A stretch of 64,000 bases of DNA from contig NC_043011.1 of assembly GCF_006345805.1 (NCBI RefSeq), positions 10,292,001 through 10,356,000 of the forward strand. Direction: 5' to 3'. Position numbers and translations under genes: made by a program. Position 1 is the stretch's first letter. Each line of letters opens with the position of its first letter. Under the pieces are notes generated by a model, which made no database searches, was not told the origin of the DNA, and saw nothing but the letters and a program-made list of their open reading frames with translations. Source of the stretch: Octopus sinensis. Its lineage: Eukaryota. Below are positions 12,120 to 25,514 of the stretch, piece after piece.

Positions 12120-12700
12120 ACCAAAGTGCTGATACCGCAGCGATGGGATTGAAATAGTGGACCACCTAATCTCTGGATGTAAGGTTTTAGCACCTGTAGA
12201 GTACAAATCAAGACATGACAGAGTTGGCCAATATCCACACTGGATAATGTTTCGTCATTATAAAATCAAAACTGATGATAAATGGTACAAGAACCACCCT
12301 GAGGCTGTAACTGAGGGAGAAAATGTAATGATTCTTTGGGACTTCCCAATATGTACAGAAAGGACCATCGAAGCAAACAAACCAGATATTGTTGTGAAAG
12401 ACCAAAGCAGTAAAGTCTGTTTATTGATTGCCATGAGCGAACCCTGTGACCATAATATCTCGGCAAAAGAATTTGATAAGCTCAGAAAATATAAAGATTT
12501 GCAAATTGAAATCGAAAAGATGTGGCATTTCAAGACGGTTACAATACCAGTGATTGTAGGAGCACTTGCAATGATCAAAAAAGGAACTGAAAATTATCTA
12601 AGAATGATCCCTGGCTTACTATCCATGCAAGGAAGTACAAAAAATGACTGTCTTAACTGGTACATCACACGTACTGAGAAGAACATTGACATTGTGAATT
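12120..12700 (+). mobile_element. R4/Dong-type retrotransposon 3' fragment (knuckle + RLE)
   Basis: DHLISGCKVLA..RHDRVG..HW..ILWDFPI..EANKPDIVV..KYKDLQIEIEKMW..IPVIVGALA. TAA/GAT arrays upstream (12048-12115) and a TAA array downstream (12940-12982). Confidence 0.9.
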
Positions 12701-12938
12701 TTTCTTTCCTTTTTTCCCTTTTATTTATTTTGTTTGTTTCTTTTATTTTTTTTATTTTTCCTTTTTCTCTCTGTTGTTCTTCCCCTTTTTTGCTATCACA
12801 TGACACTGTAAATGAGCAATCTGGTGTGTTTATTTTAATGGCCTACCAATGTATACAGTACATTTCTCTGCCCTAGGTGTCAGGAAGACACTCAGCAAGA
12901 AATGGAAACAGAATTGAAAGAAGATAATAAGGAAAATG

Positions 12939-12982
<44 letters not shown>

Positions 12983-13061
12983 TTTGGTACTACACCAGCA
13001 ATTTCGGTGGAGGCGGGGAAGTCGATTACATTGCCACCCCCCCCTTTAGGTTTCAACTAGT

Positions 13062-13560
13062 ACAATAATTCCTCACTTTACGAGGTCCCGCTTTAACAGA
13101 CCCTGAGTTTACAAAATTTCTACAACTATAACAAATGCTTCTGCATGTTACTGAGAAATTTATAGAGAACGGAAAAAAAGCTTCTTCGAAGCAAACAACT
13201 CGACACTTGTGATTTTAAAAAGAAATCTACAAGTCTGTCTATGAATGCATGTGAATCAGGGATCATGTCAGCAAGTGATGGTAAGTGCAAGTCGAGTGCA
13301 AGTCGAGTGCGAGTGAAAGGGATTCAGAAAATAATTATAATAATATTTTTTATCATAAATGATCTTGACATGTTTTTTACTTTACATGAAATATTCTTTA
13401 CATTCTACTCTTGGTTTATTGCCATTTATTTACAAGTATTATAAATTTTATAGGAACAATATTTTTCTGGGAACGAATTATGATTTATAATATTCCTACA
13501 AGGGGAAATTATTGCTCTGCTTTACGAGTTTTCACTTCACGAGCGGTTTCCACTGCACAC
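13062..13560. mobile_element. Possible pogo/Tigger-like non-autonomous DNA element
   Basis: TA-CAATAATTCCTCACTTTACGAGG at the left end and repeated CTTTACGAG/CTTCACGAG motifs near 13520-13545. No intact right TIR. Confidence 0.35.
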
Positions 13561-13584
13561 ATCCTATGCAGAACACTTTCAATA

Positions 13585-13691
13585 CAGTTAAAATAAGAGC
13601 ACCACAACAAACCACAGCACATACCCAAGGCACACAGAGCTGAGCTCGGTAGTGAAGTGAAAGCACGTTATAAAAATAAAACTACTGAATG

Positions 13692-13730
<39 letters not shown>
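13585..13730 (+). mobile_element. Short probable LINE 3'-terminal fragment with (TAA)n tail
   Basis: ..GGTAGTGAAGTGAAAGCACGTTATAAAAATAAAACTACTGAAT followed by (AAT)n. Assignment to an R4/Dong 3'UTR is from recall and unverified. Confidence 0.4.
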
Positions 13731-13731
<1 letters not shown>

Positions 13732-13733
13732 GA

Positions 13734-13974
13734 GATCATGGGCCAGGGCAAAACAATGCAAAGTATATGCGAGGTAACTCACAAGAAAACAAATATGCGA
13801 ATTAATGTAGACTTACCTTCTATTTAATATTTCAGGGTTTTCATCAATTTCTTGAAAATGGGGTCATAACCCCGAAATATTGAATACAAGATAAGTCTAC
13901 ATTAATTCACATATTTGTTTTCTTGTGATTTACCTTGCATTTACTTCGCATTGTTTTGGCCTTACCCACGATCA
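13734..13974. mobile_element. Imperfect inverted repeat with a degenerate hammerhead-like centre (PLE relic)
   Basis: Arms CAAGAAAACAAATATGCGAATTAATGTAGACTTA / TAAGTCTACATTAATTCACATATTTGTTTTCTTG; centre CTTGAAAAT-GGGGT-CATA-ACCCC-GAAA (13851-13877). Confidence 0.6.
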
Positions 13975-14034
13975 TTTATACAATATATTCTACACAATGC
14001 TTCACAGTAATTATTCCATAATAATAATAATAAT

Positions 14035-14160
14035 TATTTATTTCTTTATTGCCCACAGAGGGCTAAACATAGAGGGAACAAACAAGGACAGACAAAGCAA
14101 TTAAGTCGATTACATCAACCCCAGTGCCTGATTGGTACTTATTCAATCGACCCTGAAGGG
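14035..14160 (-). mobile_element. SINE family B, 3' part with an alternative tail
   Basis: Family B body (AAGTACCAATCAGGCACTGGGGTTGATGTAATCGACTT) followed by TTGTTTGTTCCCTCTATGTTTAGCCCTCTGTGGGCAATAAAGAAAT. Confidence 0.8.
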
Positions 14161-14179
14161 ATGTATAGATATTACGTAA

Positions 14180-14560
14180 TGGGTGCTTGGTACTAAAATA
14201 CACTGGAAAAGATAATGGACAACAATGGGAAGGCAAAGATCCTCTGGGACTTTGACTTCCAGACAGACAAGATGTTAGAGCACAGAAGGCTTGATATAGT
14301 AGCCTTTAGAAGGGACAACAAGAGTGCCTAATAATCAAAGTGGCAGGGCCAGGAAATCAAAGAACAAAAAAAGGTCTACAAATATGGAGACCTGAGAATT
14401 GAGATCGCCGAGATGTGGCAGCTGTGAGAGTCAAACATAAAGGTTGTCCCTGGTGTGATTGGAGCATTGGGTTCAATAGCACCCAACCTGAAGAAAGATT
14501 TGGACACTTTGGAAATACAATCTTGGTGTATTGCAAAAATCAGCTTTATTTAGAACTACA
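14180..14560 (+). mobile_element. R4/Dong-type RLE fragment
   Basis: NGKAKILWDFDFQTDKMLEHRRLDIVAF..KYGDLRIEIAEMW..VIGALGSI; similar to 35450-35700; cut by the SINE at 14562. Confidence 0.8.
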
Positions 14561-14561
14561 T

Positions 14562-14937
14562 GCGCAGGAGTGGCTGTGTGGTTCCGGGTTCAGTCCCACT
14601 GTGTGGCACCTTGGGCAAGTGTCTTCTACTATAGCCTCGGGCCGACCAAAGCCTTGTGAGTGGATTTGGTAGACGGAAACTGAAAAGAAGCCCGTCGTAT
14701 ATATGTATAAATATATCTATGTGTGTATTTGTGTGTCTGTGTTTGTCCCCCTCGCATTGCTTGACAACTGATGCTGGTGTGTTTATGTCCCCATTACTTA
14801 GCGGTTCGGCAAAAGAGACCGATAGAATAAGTACTGGGCTTACAAAAGAATAGTCCCCGGGGTCGAGTTGCTCGATTAAAGGCGGTGCTCCAGCATGGCA
14901 ACATTCAAATGACTGAAACAAGTAAAAGAGTAGAGAG
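14562..14937 (+). mobile_element. SINE family A, young near-full-length copy
   Basis: GCGCAGGAGTGGCTGTGTGG..GGTTCAGTCCCACTG..GCGGTGCTCCAGCATGG..CTGAAACAAGTAAAAGAG. Confidence 0.9.
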
Positions 14938-15319
14938 TACTGCATAAAGAACTGTCTTGTCTGAGTTCAGCCATGAGCCCAGTCAATAAAAGTGAACATT
15001 ACTGAATATTTATTTACAACGGTGACATTCATTAAGATTGTAGACTTCTGTAGAAGAACAATTTAATTTCCCTTCAGATTCTTCAATTCTGGTATTGCTA
15101 ACATTATACAAAGCCAACAAAATCTGTAACAATGAATATTATGAAGATTCAGGAAATAAAACAATTATTCTCTACAACATAAAATGGCTTTTTGTTTCAT
15201 CTAAGAGAGAAAAAATAGAAATTGCACTCGAAAATCTATTCCATAAAGATTCTGGAACATAGCAAGGAATGGTAAAAACTTTTGAGAATTCTAGACACAC
15301 TGGCCTTCCACCTTTGATC

Positions 15320-15700
15320 TTTTAGTTGCTCCAGTCATTAGATTGAGGCCATGCTGGGGCACCACCTTGGAGAATGTTTAGTTGAATGAATCAACCCCAG
15401 GACTTATTATTTTTTTTTTGTAACACCTGGTACTTACTCCATCGATCACTTTTGCTGAATCACTAACTTATTGGGACACAAACATATCAACACCATTTGT
15501 CAAATGGTAGGGGGAGGGGCAACTAACACAGACACACACATATGATGGGCTTTTTTCAGTTTCTGTCTACCAAATCCACTCACAAGGCCTTGGTCAATCT
15601 AAGGCCACAGTAGAAGATATGTGCCCAAGATTCCACGCAGTAAGACTGAACCCAGAACCATGTGGCTGGGAAGCAAGCTTCTTACCCCACGGCCACGCCC
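15320..15700 (-). mobile_element. SINE family A
   Basis: Reverse-complement homology to the 14562 copy. Confidence 0.8.
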
Positions 15701-15814
15701 TAGCACAGCTGCCCCATGGATTTACCAATGGAAGAATCTTGTCCTTCAACCAGTTTTGTCAACAATGGAATCTGGTATAAGAAAAGTAGATAATGAGGCT
15801 GCTATAGGTGCCAC

Positions 15815-16200
15815 ACTATGGCCATGTGTTAAGACGCTTGCTTCCCAATCACATGGTACTGGGTTCAGTTCCACTGCATGGCATCTTAGGCAGATGTCTC
15901 CTACAACAGCCTTGGGCTGAATAAAGCCTTGTGAGTGGATTGAGTAGACAGAAACAGAAAGAAGCTCGTTGTGTGTGTGTGTGTGTGGGTGTGTTTATGT
16001 CCATATCTGTCCCCTCCGGCACTCCTTGACAACCGGTATTGGTGCATTTATGTTCTTGTAACTTAGCAGTTTGGCAAAGAGACCAATAGAATAAGCTCTA
16101 GGCTTAAAAAGAAAATATGTTCTGGGGTCTATTAGTTCAACTAAAACTTTCTAGGTAGTGCTCCAGCATGACCACAGTTCAATGACTGAAACAAGTAAAG
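15815..16200 (+). mobile_element. SINE family A
   Basis: Homology to the 14562 and 57453 copies over head, body and tail. Confidence 0.8.
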
Positions 16201-16989
16201 AAAAAAAGCAAAAGAAAATACGAGTTTAAAAAGTAAAATAAATTCAGTAACAGAGAAAGATGTAGGAAAATTTGTATTTTTATAGTTTTATTGTGTATTA
16301 AAGGTTTAAAAGAAACGATGCTAATAGCAATAATGGGATTTTGGCATCAGAAGTGATAAAAATGCTAAAGGAAGAGAAAAGTTTTAATCTGCATATCAAT
16401 CAAATGAGGCACTAATCTTTCACAGCATGGGATACAGGCATTTCCTCTTCCTCCTCATCACCTTCTGCCTTGGAAGCCCCTAACTCCATTTCCTCACCTT
16501 CTATCTTCTTGTCTATTATTATTATTATTATTATTATTATTATGACTATTATTGTTATTATTATTATTTTCATTATTGTTATTATAGTAAGACAGTTTAT
16601 AGATTGACATATATAGTTTACAAGAGAAAAGAATTATAAAAATGGTGATAAAAATGTAAATGTTGTCAACACATATTCATAAAAGATAGCTTCAAACAAA
16701 CGTTGCAGTGTTATATATACATCACAATTATTCACTTCAGGTCAAACACACTATAGAACATCAATTTTGTTTCCTTTCTCTTCACTTCACTCAGAAATGG
16801 CACACACACATGCATGCACGCACGCACACACAAACACACACACACACACGCACATACAACTCTAGTCTGCAGTTCAGATTTACTGTCATATTTGATGATA
16901 TAATAGTATCAGTTTTAGTCTAGTTCACCTTTATGGTTTTATATATATATAATATACACACACACATATCATCATCATAATCCTCATCA

Positions 16990-17230
16990 TTATCATCATT
17001 TAATGTCCATTTTCTATGATAGCATGAGTTGGCAGAAGGCTGCACCAGGCTTCACTGTTTTGGCATGGTTTCTTGGATGCCCTTCCAAATGCCAACCATT
17101 ATACAGTGTGGACTGGATGCTTATTGTGTGGCACCAGCACTGGCAGGGTCACCAAATAACTTGCAAGATAAAGATCCTTTGAGGGGGAAGGGTGTTACAA
17201 AGGGACAGAAAAAAGTTTCTGGTTGTAAGG
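16990..17230 (-). mobile_element. RTE-tail short element (family C)
   Basis: Matches the RTE 3'UTR at 10925-11100 (GGATGCCCTTCC..GCCAACCA..GTGGCACCAGCAC). Confidence 0.7.
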
Positions 17231-18314
17231 GAATCCCTTCTACAGAGAGAGAGAGAGAGAGTGCAAGAGATAGAAAGTGCAAGAGAGAGAGAGAGTGATC
17301 GAGAATGAGAGAGAGAGTGCAAGAGAGAGAGGGGGAGAGTGATCGAAAATGAGAGAGGGAGAGCAAGAGAGTGAGAATGCAAGAGAGAGAGTGGGACAGA
17401 GAGTTGGGTAGAAAAGTGTCAAGGCAGGGCATCGTCTTAAGGTAAGGGGTTCAGAATATGAATGGGATGGTAGAGTATTGCCAAGGGTGCATGAGTAGGA
17501 AGTTCACATGAATGCAAAGAGCGTGGGAGTGGAAAATGCAGTGACTGGTGGGTGAAACGTGAAGGTAGGGGTCAACAGGATAGCAATGATACAGGGTGTA
17601 GGGCAGTGAGGATAGGATTGGGGAGTGAAAGATAAGCGCATGGAAAAGAGGAGGAGGAGGAGGAGGAGATGTAGTTTGATTTGTTGGGTGAAGGTGCAAG
17701 AAGTTCTATTGCTACATGGAGGTGGAACACACAGCATTTCCACAATTCAGTTTCACTGAAGTGGGCGCATCTTCTCAAGACATCTCAGTCAATTGTCATC
17801 TCCTCTGTAAGGCCCAGCTTCTTATAGGTTGCCCTGACTAAACAATAGTTGCTCATGTGTTGGAATTGACAGGGGAGTCCACCATATGTGTGCATGTGAA
17901 TACATAAATAAATATTAGGGAATATAACTCCAAACTTACAGGGGAAAATTCAATTTAGTATTAAATCCAATTTCACAATATAAATATAAGTCTTTTTACT
18001 TATATAATGTTTAGTTATTTTTTGTGATCTAGATATATGTTTTATAATATATTATATTTTTTCTATGATATGGTTTATATCTATCATTGCTTGAATTGCA
18101 TAATAGTGGTTTTTCTCTAATTTGTGTGTGTGTGTGTGTGTGTGTGTGTTTAGAAAGTGTTTTGGCATAAAACTTTCAATCCTTGAGTAACTTCTGTAGT
18201 ATTTCCAGCTAATAAAGAAATATATACCATTCTGCTTAATATATTCAGTTCTCTGTCACCTGTTTGTAAAACCAAATCCACCCATCCCTCTACCTGTAGA
18301 TCTGCTTACACACA

Positions 18315-18345
<31 letters not shown>

Positions 18346-20515
18346 CACATCAAACACATCCCAAGCTTTCGTTTCTTTCAGTCATTGGATAGCAGCCCTG
18401 CTGGTGATCGACTTTAATGTGTTTAGTCATCATTAGTCACAACTCCAGGATTTATTTTATCAATGCCAGTACAGAAAAGAAAACAGAGGGAATTTCTTTA
18501 GGAACATGCAATACAGATGTATGTATGTCACGCAGAGAGAGAAAAATCATAAATAACTTGCTCAGCATCAAACTTAAAACCAAATCACAATTAACACGAG
18601 GTAATATCAAAGATTTTCATAAAATTTAACAAAGTAAAAACATTGGTGTCTCCTGAATTTAAATCACTGAATTATGTCATAGCAATATTGTTCAAGGACA
18701 ATGGTGTCCCTTAATTTAACCCTTAATATTGATGACAAGAGATAGCAGTTGTAGTCAAACACCCCAATTCTAATTCACATCAACCTTTGACAACAATTAC
18801 AATGGCTGTCAGATGGTGAGAGTTGAAATATTGTCTTAGCTGGCTGCATTACTGTAGGTTAGGGGACACTTAAGCCACAAGAATATTTACAAGCCATAGA
18901 TGAAACCCCAGGAATAGATCATTTCTGTTTTTGTTCACCTAGAAATAAATAAGTCCTTTCTTCTGAACGTGAGTGCAAAGAGGGAATGTCCCAGATTTGA
19001 GGCAGTAAGAACTGTTTATTTTGCTGTCCAATCAGCTGTTCATTTCATACTTGAATGTCAAATTCTAATAAAGTACTTACTTCAACAGGTCATGTAAATA
19101 TAACAACACAGGCCCATGCCTCGTTGCCACCTTTTCATCTAACTCCTACACATGTCTGCAGACTCAGAACACAAAATCTTTGACTCCGAATCACTGCAAC
19201 TCCACACTGTGATTAAACTAAACATCTTTTTCTTAAACTGATTGAGAAAATGGACAATGTAAATCATCAGGCTTCACAATAAGTCCCCTAATTTGTAGAA
19301 ATAGGAGTTTAAAGCATCGAATTTTGCCACTGTGGCTTTTTAAAATATTTTTTTTTATTACAGTAACAACCAATTAAGCAAAAGATCAAACTTGTTTTGT
19401 CAAAAGACTAAAAAAATAAATTATAAGAATACTATAAAAGGAAATCAGGAACATCTTTATTTACCATTTCAAAAATCTCAAGAACTTCAAAACTGAACAC
19501 CAAAAACAACTATAAAAAAATAACCAAAGAAATAAACTATATTAAGATACATAAGTCTACCTTTTTCAGATTAAAACATTAATGGAACATAATACTGAAA
19601 TGAATGTAAGAAGAAAGATTACATTACAAACGGCAATTGCGAAAGATTGGAGAGTTTATCACAACAAACTTTCTTTTAAAAAGATTGTTTCTATAGAACT
19701 GAGATTAAACCAAACATCTAAATCTAAAACCAACATCTTGTTCTTAGAATTTCTTCAATTGTTCTTAGAATTGCTTCCTTCATACAAACCTTTTACTCAA
19801 ATTAGTCTCTGCTATAAAATTAATTAAATTAATATCTGATTAATATCTGTGAAACTGGAAATTTTAATGCATTATTACATTTTGTCTGAGTTGGAGTCAG
19901 TACATTTTTACTTACTCCAGTTCCACTGATAATTGGTTTGCAACTTTGACTCCATGACTCCCACTCAGTGACTCTCACTCCACAACCCTGCTCCTAATGC
20001 ATCAGATAGAGATATGGACATTAGTATATAACAAAGAGAAAGAAACCTAGGACTGTATGTCCGTAAGATATATGGGTTCTAGGTTCAAACCCAGAGAAAA
20101 TGTGTGTGTGTGAGTGTGTGCATGCATGCATGCACAGGAAGAAGCACTTGAGGAAAGTCAAAGAATATTTAATGGTGGTTCCCCAGCATGGCCACACCCT
20201 CTGACTGAAACAATCAAAAGTAATATACTAGCAAAAATATGATGAAGAAAAAGAAGAAAACATTTAAAAAATGATGTCATTAGTCTAAGAAAGATTAATT
20301 TCAGAATTGTAGATTTTAAAATTGTCAATAAAGGAGCCATTCCAAAATGCTATTCCAGAACCATGTAGATTTGGGTAAATAACACAAGAACCGAAACAAA
20401 AGAAGATGATGCTGAAGATGATGATGATAAAGAGAATGGTAATGAACAGAGGAACCATTACAGGAAATTAACCCATTCCCATCACATAACTGAATTAATT
20501 AGAGAAATTGTTATT

Positions 20516-20731
20516 GAGGCAATGAACTGGTAGCATCGTTAGCATGCTGGACAAAATGCATGGTGGTATTTCACCCGTCACTACGTTCTGAGTTCAGATT
20601 CCGTTAAGGTCGACTTTGCTTTTCATCCTTTCGGGATCGATTAAATAAGTACCAGTTATGCACTGCGGCTGATGTAATCGACTTAATCCCTACCACCAAA
20701 TTTGAGGCCTTGTGCTTTCAGCAGAAAGGAC

Positions 20732-20735
<4 letters not shown>
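20516..20735 (+). mobile_element. SINE family B
   Basis: GAACTGGTAGCATCGTTAGCATG..TTCTGAGTTCAGATTCC..AAGTACCAGTTATGCACTGCGGCTGATGTAATCGAC..GGCCTTGTG..AGAAAGGA plus ATT tail. Confidence 0.85.
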
Positions 20736-20824
<89 letters not shown>

Positions 20825-20868
20825 CATTATTATTATCATTATTATTATTATTATTATCATTATTATTA

Positions 20869-20902
<34 letters not shown>

Positions 20903-21246
20903 CATTATATTATCATTATTATTATTATTATTATTATTATCATTATTATTATCATTTATTATTATTATTATATATTATTATTATCATTATTATTATCATT
21001 ATTTATTATTATTATTATTATTATCATTATTATTATCATTATTATTCATTATTATTATTATTATTATTATTATCATTATTATTATCATTATTATTATTAT
21101 TATTATCATTATTATTATCATATTATTATTATCATTATTATTATCATTATTATTATCATTATTATTATCATTATTATTATTATTATTATCATATTATTAT
21201 ATTATTATTATTATTATATTATATTATTATATTATCATTATTATTA

Positions 21247-21281
<35 letters not shown>

Positions 21282-21319
21282 CATTATTATTATCATTATT
21301 ATTATTATATTATCATATT

Positions 21320-21350
<31 letters not shown>

Positions 21351-21945
21351 TATTATTATATTATATTATCATTATTATTATCATTATTATTATTATTATT
21401 ATTATTATCATTATTATTATCATATTATTATTATATTATTATTATTATTATCATTATTATTATCATTATTATTATATTATTATTATCATATTATTATCAT
21501 TATTATTATATTATTATTATTATCATATTATTATCATTATATTATTATTATTATCATTATTATTATCATTATTATTTATTATTATTATTATCATTATTAT
21601 TATCATTATTATTATTATATTATTATTATTATCATTATTATTATCATTATTATTATTATTTATCATTATTATTATCATTATTATTATTATTATTATTATT
21701 ATCATTATTATTATCATTATTATATTATCATTATTATTATCATTATTATTATTATTATTATTATCATTATTATTATCATTATTATTATTATTATTATCAT
21801 TATTATTATTATTATCATATTATTATTATTATTATTATCATTATTATTATCATTATTATCATTATTATTATCATTATTATTATCATTATTATTATTATTA
21901 TTATCATTATTATTATCATTATTATTATTATTATTATTATTATTT
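20730..21945. repeat. ~1.2-kb (ATT)n array interspersed with ATC units
   Basis: Read directly. The three >400-aa poly-Y/L/I ORFs are its translations. Confidence 0.97.
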
Positions 21946-22239
21946 CCTTTACATCTGTTTTCCGTCCTCTTTCTTGTTAACTCTCTCTTTCTCTGGCTGA
22001 GTAACCATGGATCTCCTCTGCAGCAAGACACCTGTTTCTGTCTCTCTTGTCACAAGATCCCCTCCTCCAATTCCCCCTCTCTTCTCAAAGACTCCTTGTC
22101 TTACAAAGTTACTTGGTGACCCTGCCAGTACAGGTGCCAGTCCAGTCCACACTGTGAAGATGAGACAAACTGCATGTTAGGATGCAATCAAATTCAAAAC
22201 AGCAAAAGGCCAATATGAATAAAGGACATAAAGTTTCCC

Positions 22240-22535
22240 TTAGGCTTCCAGGTTGATTAGGCCAGTGCTTATCCTGGTTTCAGAGATGGCTAAGCTATTG
22301 AAATTACTAGACACTCCACATCTTGAATGGGACACCAGTCTGGCCGAGGGTAATCCCCACCCTGCCACTCTACCTGTTGCTGCTGTTGCTCATTTTCAAC
22401 TGAATAGACAGAAACAACATAAAATAAAGTTCTCTGTCCAAGGACAATAGTGCTTCACCCGGTTCAGGAATTGAACCCATGACCTAATGATTATGAATCC
22501 AACACCCAAACTGCCAGGCTATGCACCCTCACCAT
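22240..22535 (-). mobile_element. Old tRNA-derived SINE of a further family
   Basis: Minus strand has a tRNA-like head (GCATAGCCTGGCAGTTTGGG..GGGTTCAATTCCTG), then TGTCCTTG..ACTTTAT body. Confidence 0.55.
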
Positions 22536-24814
22536 AACACATACAAAGACATGGCTCAATCATGTTTTCCCAAGTTCAATCTCAATGTGCAACAGCTTGA
22601 GTAACTGGCCCAGTGCCAACCAATAGCATGTGAGTTTGGTGCATAGAATGGCTGCAAAGCTGGTCATGTGTATGTGTGCGTATTTGAGTGTGCAAACACA
22701 CAAATGCAAGTTTGTGTGACTGTCTATATTTTGTGCTTTGTGTGAACAACATCTGAGCCACAAAAGGTGAAGTCTATTGTTCTTCTTTGTCAACAAGTCT
22801 TCTGCTAGTTCTACACTTCCAAAGACATGTGGAAAATTCCTTACATAAAAAACAGATAAAGGTTAGTGACAGGGAGGACATCAAGCTGTTAAACAGGGCC
22901 TCAGTGTGTGTTTAACCCATGCAGGTATGAAAAAATGGATGTAAAATGAATGAATAGTCAAATGAACAAACTGCAGACCTATCCAACCCATTCCAACATA
23001 TAAATTAACATAATGAGAGTAATTTGCACAAAGTAGTTTTTTTTTTAATCTCAATTATATGTCATCTATAAATCTTTCATCCTGTTGTCACAAAAAACTT
23101 CATTCAAGTTGTAGATTTATTTCTATAAATCTACCATTATTTTCTATCCTTTCCATCTTCAATGTTCTAAACAAGTGGTTCTCAAACCATGTTTGCCAGT
23201 GGATCCCTTTCATTCCTGCTTTAGTCTACTCCATTCAATGTTTTAAAAATTTCTATTATTATACTTTCATCATTAAATATTATTAGGAACAAGTATGAAA
23301 AAGCAGCTAAAATACTTTGTGTATTATAGATGTACATAACCAATTTGCTGCACATAATTTTTAAGGAACAAAAATCTTATATAGACCCCTAAGGGTTATA
23401 TGGACTGCAGCTGAGATCCACTAAACATCTGAAGAGCATTGATCCAACTTCAATTTTTGGTTAATGCTTCTTTAAGAATTCAACAGAAACTTGAAATGAT
23501 TGAATGGAAATGGTTGATACATTTGTAGAAGCCGAGACTAAACGTCTTTATGTATACAAACATCAGTAATTTGTGAGTTCAAATCCTAATAGAAAAACTG
23601 TTTTCTCTGAACATAACATTAGAATAAAAAATTTATCAGCCATGAGTTAGTAAGACCTTTCACGCACAATAACTAAAAATTCATTCAAACTCAAATTATT
23701 TCAAGAAATTAATTTGGTAAATTTAAATATCATAAAGTCACAAGGAGAATTAAATATGCAATATACAGAATATTCCTTGTCTACTGTATTCAAAATCAGA
23801 CTGTTCCCACTGCAATGACTTTCTCTAATTATATTAATTAAGTTAAAAACTATTCATATTTATTGTCCAGTCATTACAGTAAAAATTAAGCCTTTGTCCA
23901 TCTCCATGAAATTCTTTGATGAGTGGAACCAGTCTCAATGTTCTCTCCGCTTCCATCTGAAAATTTCATCTCAATGCAATAAATGTTTACACTAATGAAT
24001 TGTTCCTCCCCATGGTACTTATTTACAGTTAGTTGATAAGATGCCAATAATATAGTAGTACAGTGACACAAGAGAATATTTAAAGCAGTTTACTCCAATG
24101 CAACACTGTTGACTTTTGTAAAAGTAAAAGAAATGGAAAAGAAAAACTTCAATCTGCTGCTACCATGATTTCTTTAAATAAGCATGAAAGTTGAAGCAAG
24201 AGAATTAAAGAAGTTTGCACAAGAAAACAATGGTTGCAGTGTGATGTATCTGGAATTCCAGGTTGGAATGACAACTGAAAGCCACTTCCATTCTCAATAT
24301 TATAAACTCAGCGGGAGAGAATTTATTCTCATTATTTTAATATCTGTTTATCTATTCACATCTCTAGTAACTCTCTAGACATCACATGACAATGAACAAT
24401 ATGCCAAAGAGCTTAATGGGGTGGAAAATGGTAAATATATATTTTAGTTTAAAACAGACTAAATTACAGAATTATATAAAATGATTTTCCTAATAATTTT
24501 TAAAACCTATTCTTTGTATAAATAATAGAACTACAAAAGTGTCATTGGATGTACGAAACCTCTTTCGAGTAATGACAATTTGACAACTTCTCATCATTAC
24601 CAAATAATTCTTTCGTTTTAGAAAAGAAAAGAAACAGGAAAAAAAAAGAAAACACTTAAAAATATAACAGCAAAAACAGACAATTGGAAAAAAGTGTTTC
24701 AAACAACAATTTTTAATGTAGCCATAGAAATCTATAAGACTTAAAGCTTTTTACAAAAGAATACATAATAATCATTTTTACATTATAATAGTTGCAACCA
24801 TCTACATACATACA

Positions 24815-24845
<31 letters not shown>

Positions 24846-25119
24846 GTATGGGGTGGGGGAGATATTAAAAAGTCAACAAGAGATGAAGAATAAAGAATGA
24901 CTGAGAAACAAATATTTGAAGAGGGGCAAAAAATAAACATTCTTTATAAAATCATTAAAAAAACTGAAAATTTGTTCACCTTTGCTTAAGTGTGAGAACA
25001 AAACTAATTTCTAACTATTATTGGGTTGTTGAAGCAGCAACCATTTAGGATTTGTGATATTTTGTGGTAAATAGCAGTTCTCGATAAGATTACTGATGAA
25101 GGCTAGGAAACACAAATAA

Positions 25120-25440
25120 TAATCAACCCACCATGCCTGTTTGATTCCAGGGTCGTAAAGAAAGAGGATGAAAAACAAAATAAAAATGCAATCCCTTGAA
25201 ATTTGAAATAGGAAGAACTTGTAGCATGTGAACAGTAAAGGCCCTCTTGCTTATAATAATTGATGCATTGGGAACAGTAAGCCAAGATATAGAGAAATGG
25301 CTGAAGGAGATTGAAGTAGAATGCTCAGTAGAGCTCTTACAGTGAGTTTGCCTCTTAGGAACAGCAAGGATTATCAGGAGGGTTCTCAGCACTGGAAAGA
25401 CTGCTGAAAACTTGTAGATACCTAAGGTTATAGGTAGTAA
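25120..25440 (+). mobile_element. R4/Dong-type RLE extreme C-terminus
   Basis: DSRVVKKEDEK..IIIDALGTVSQDIEKWLKEIEVECSVELLQ*VCLLGTARIIRRVLS, collinear with the 365-700 copy. Confidence 0.75.
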
Positions 25441-25514
25441 CCTGCTACCCACATATATCCTACCAAGAATAAGGCTGAACCTGAGCTAAATCAGAAAAAT
25501 AATTATACTAATAA

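Noticed and set aside
18850-19160. Minus-strand splice-like signals (TTTCTAG acceptor ~18948, GTAAGT donor ~19080)
   Set aside because: They do not bracket a coherent exon and the peptides are unrecognisable; such motifs are expected by chance.
20702-22119. Three 422-469 aa ORFs
   Set aside because: They are translations of the ATT/ATC array, which is stop-free on this strand.
23845-23956. Possible Ig-like exon MEAERTLRLVPLIKEFHGDGQRLNFYC (minus strand)
   Set aside because: Weak acceptor, no convincing donor, and the spacing fits a decayed hAT C-terminus (ERSFS.LKLIK..Q.RLN) equally well.
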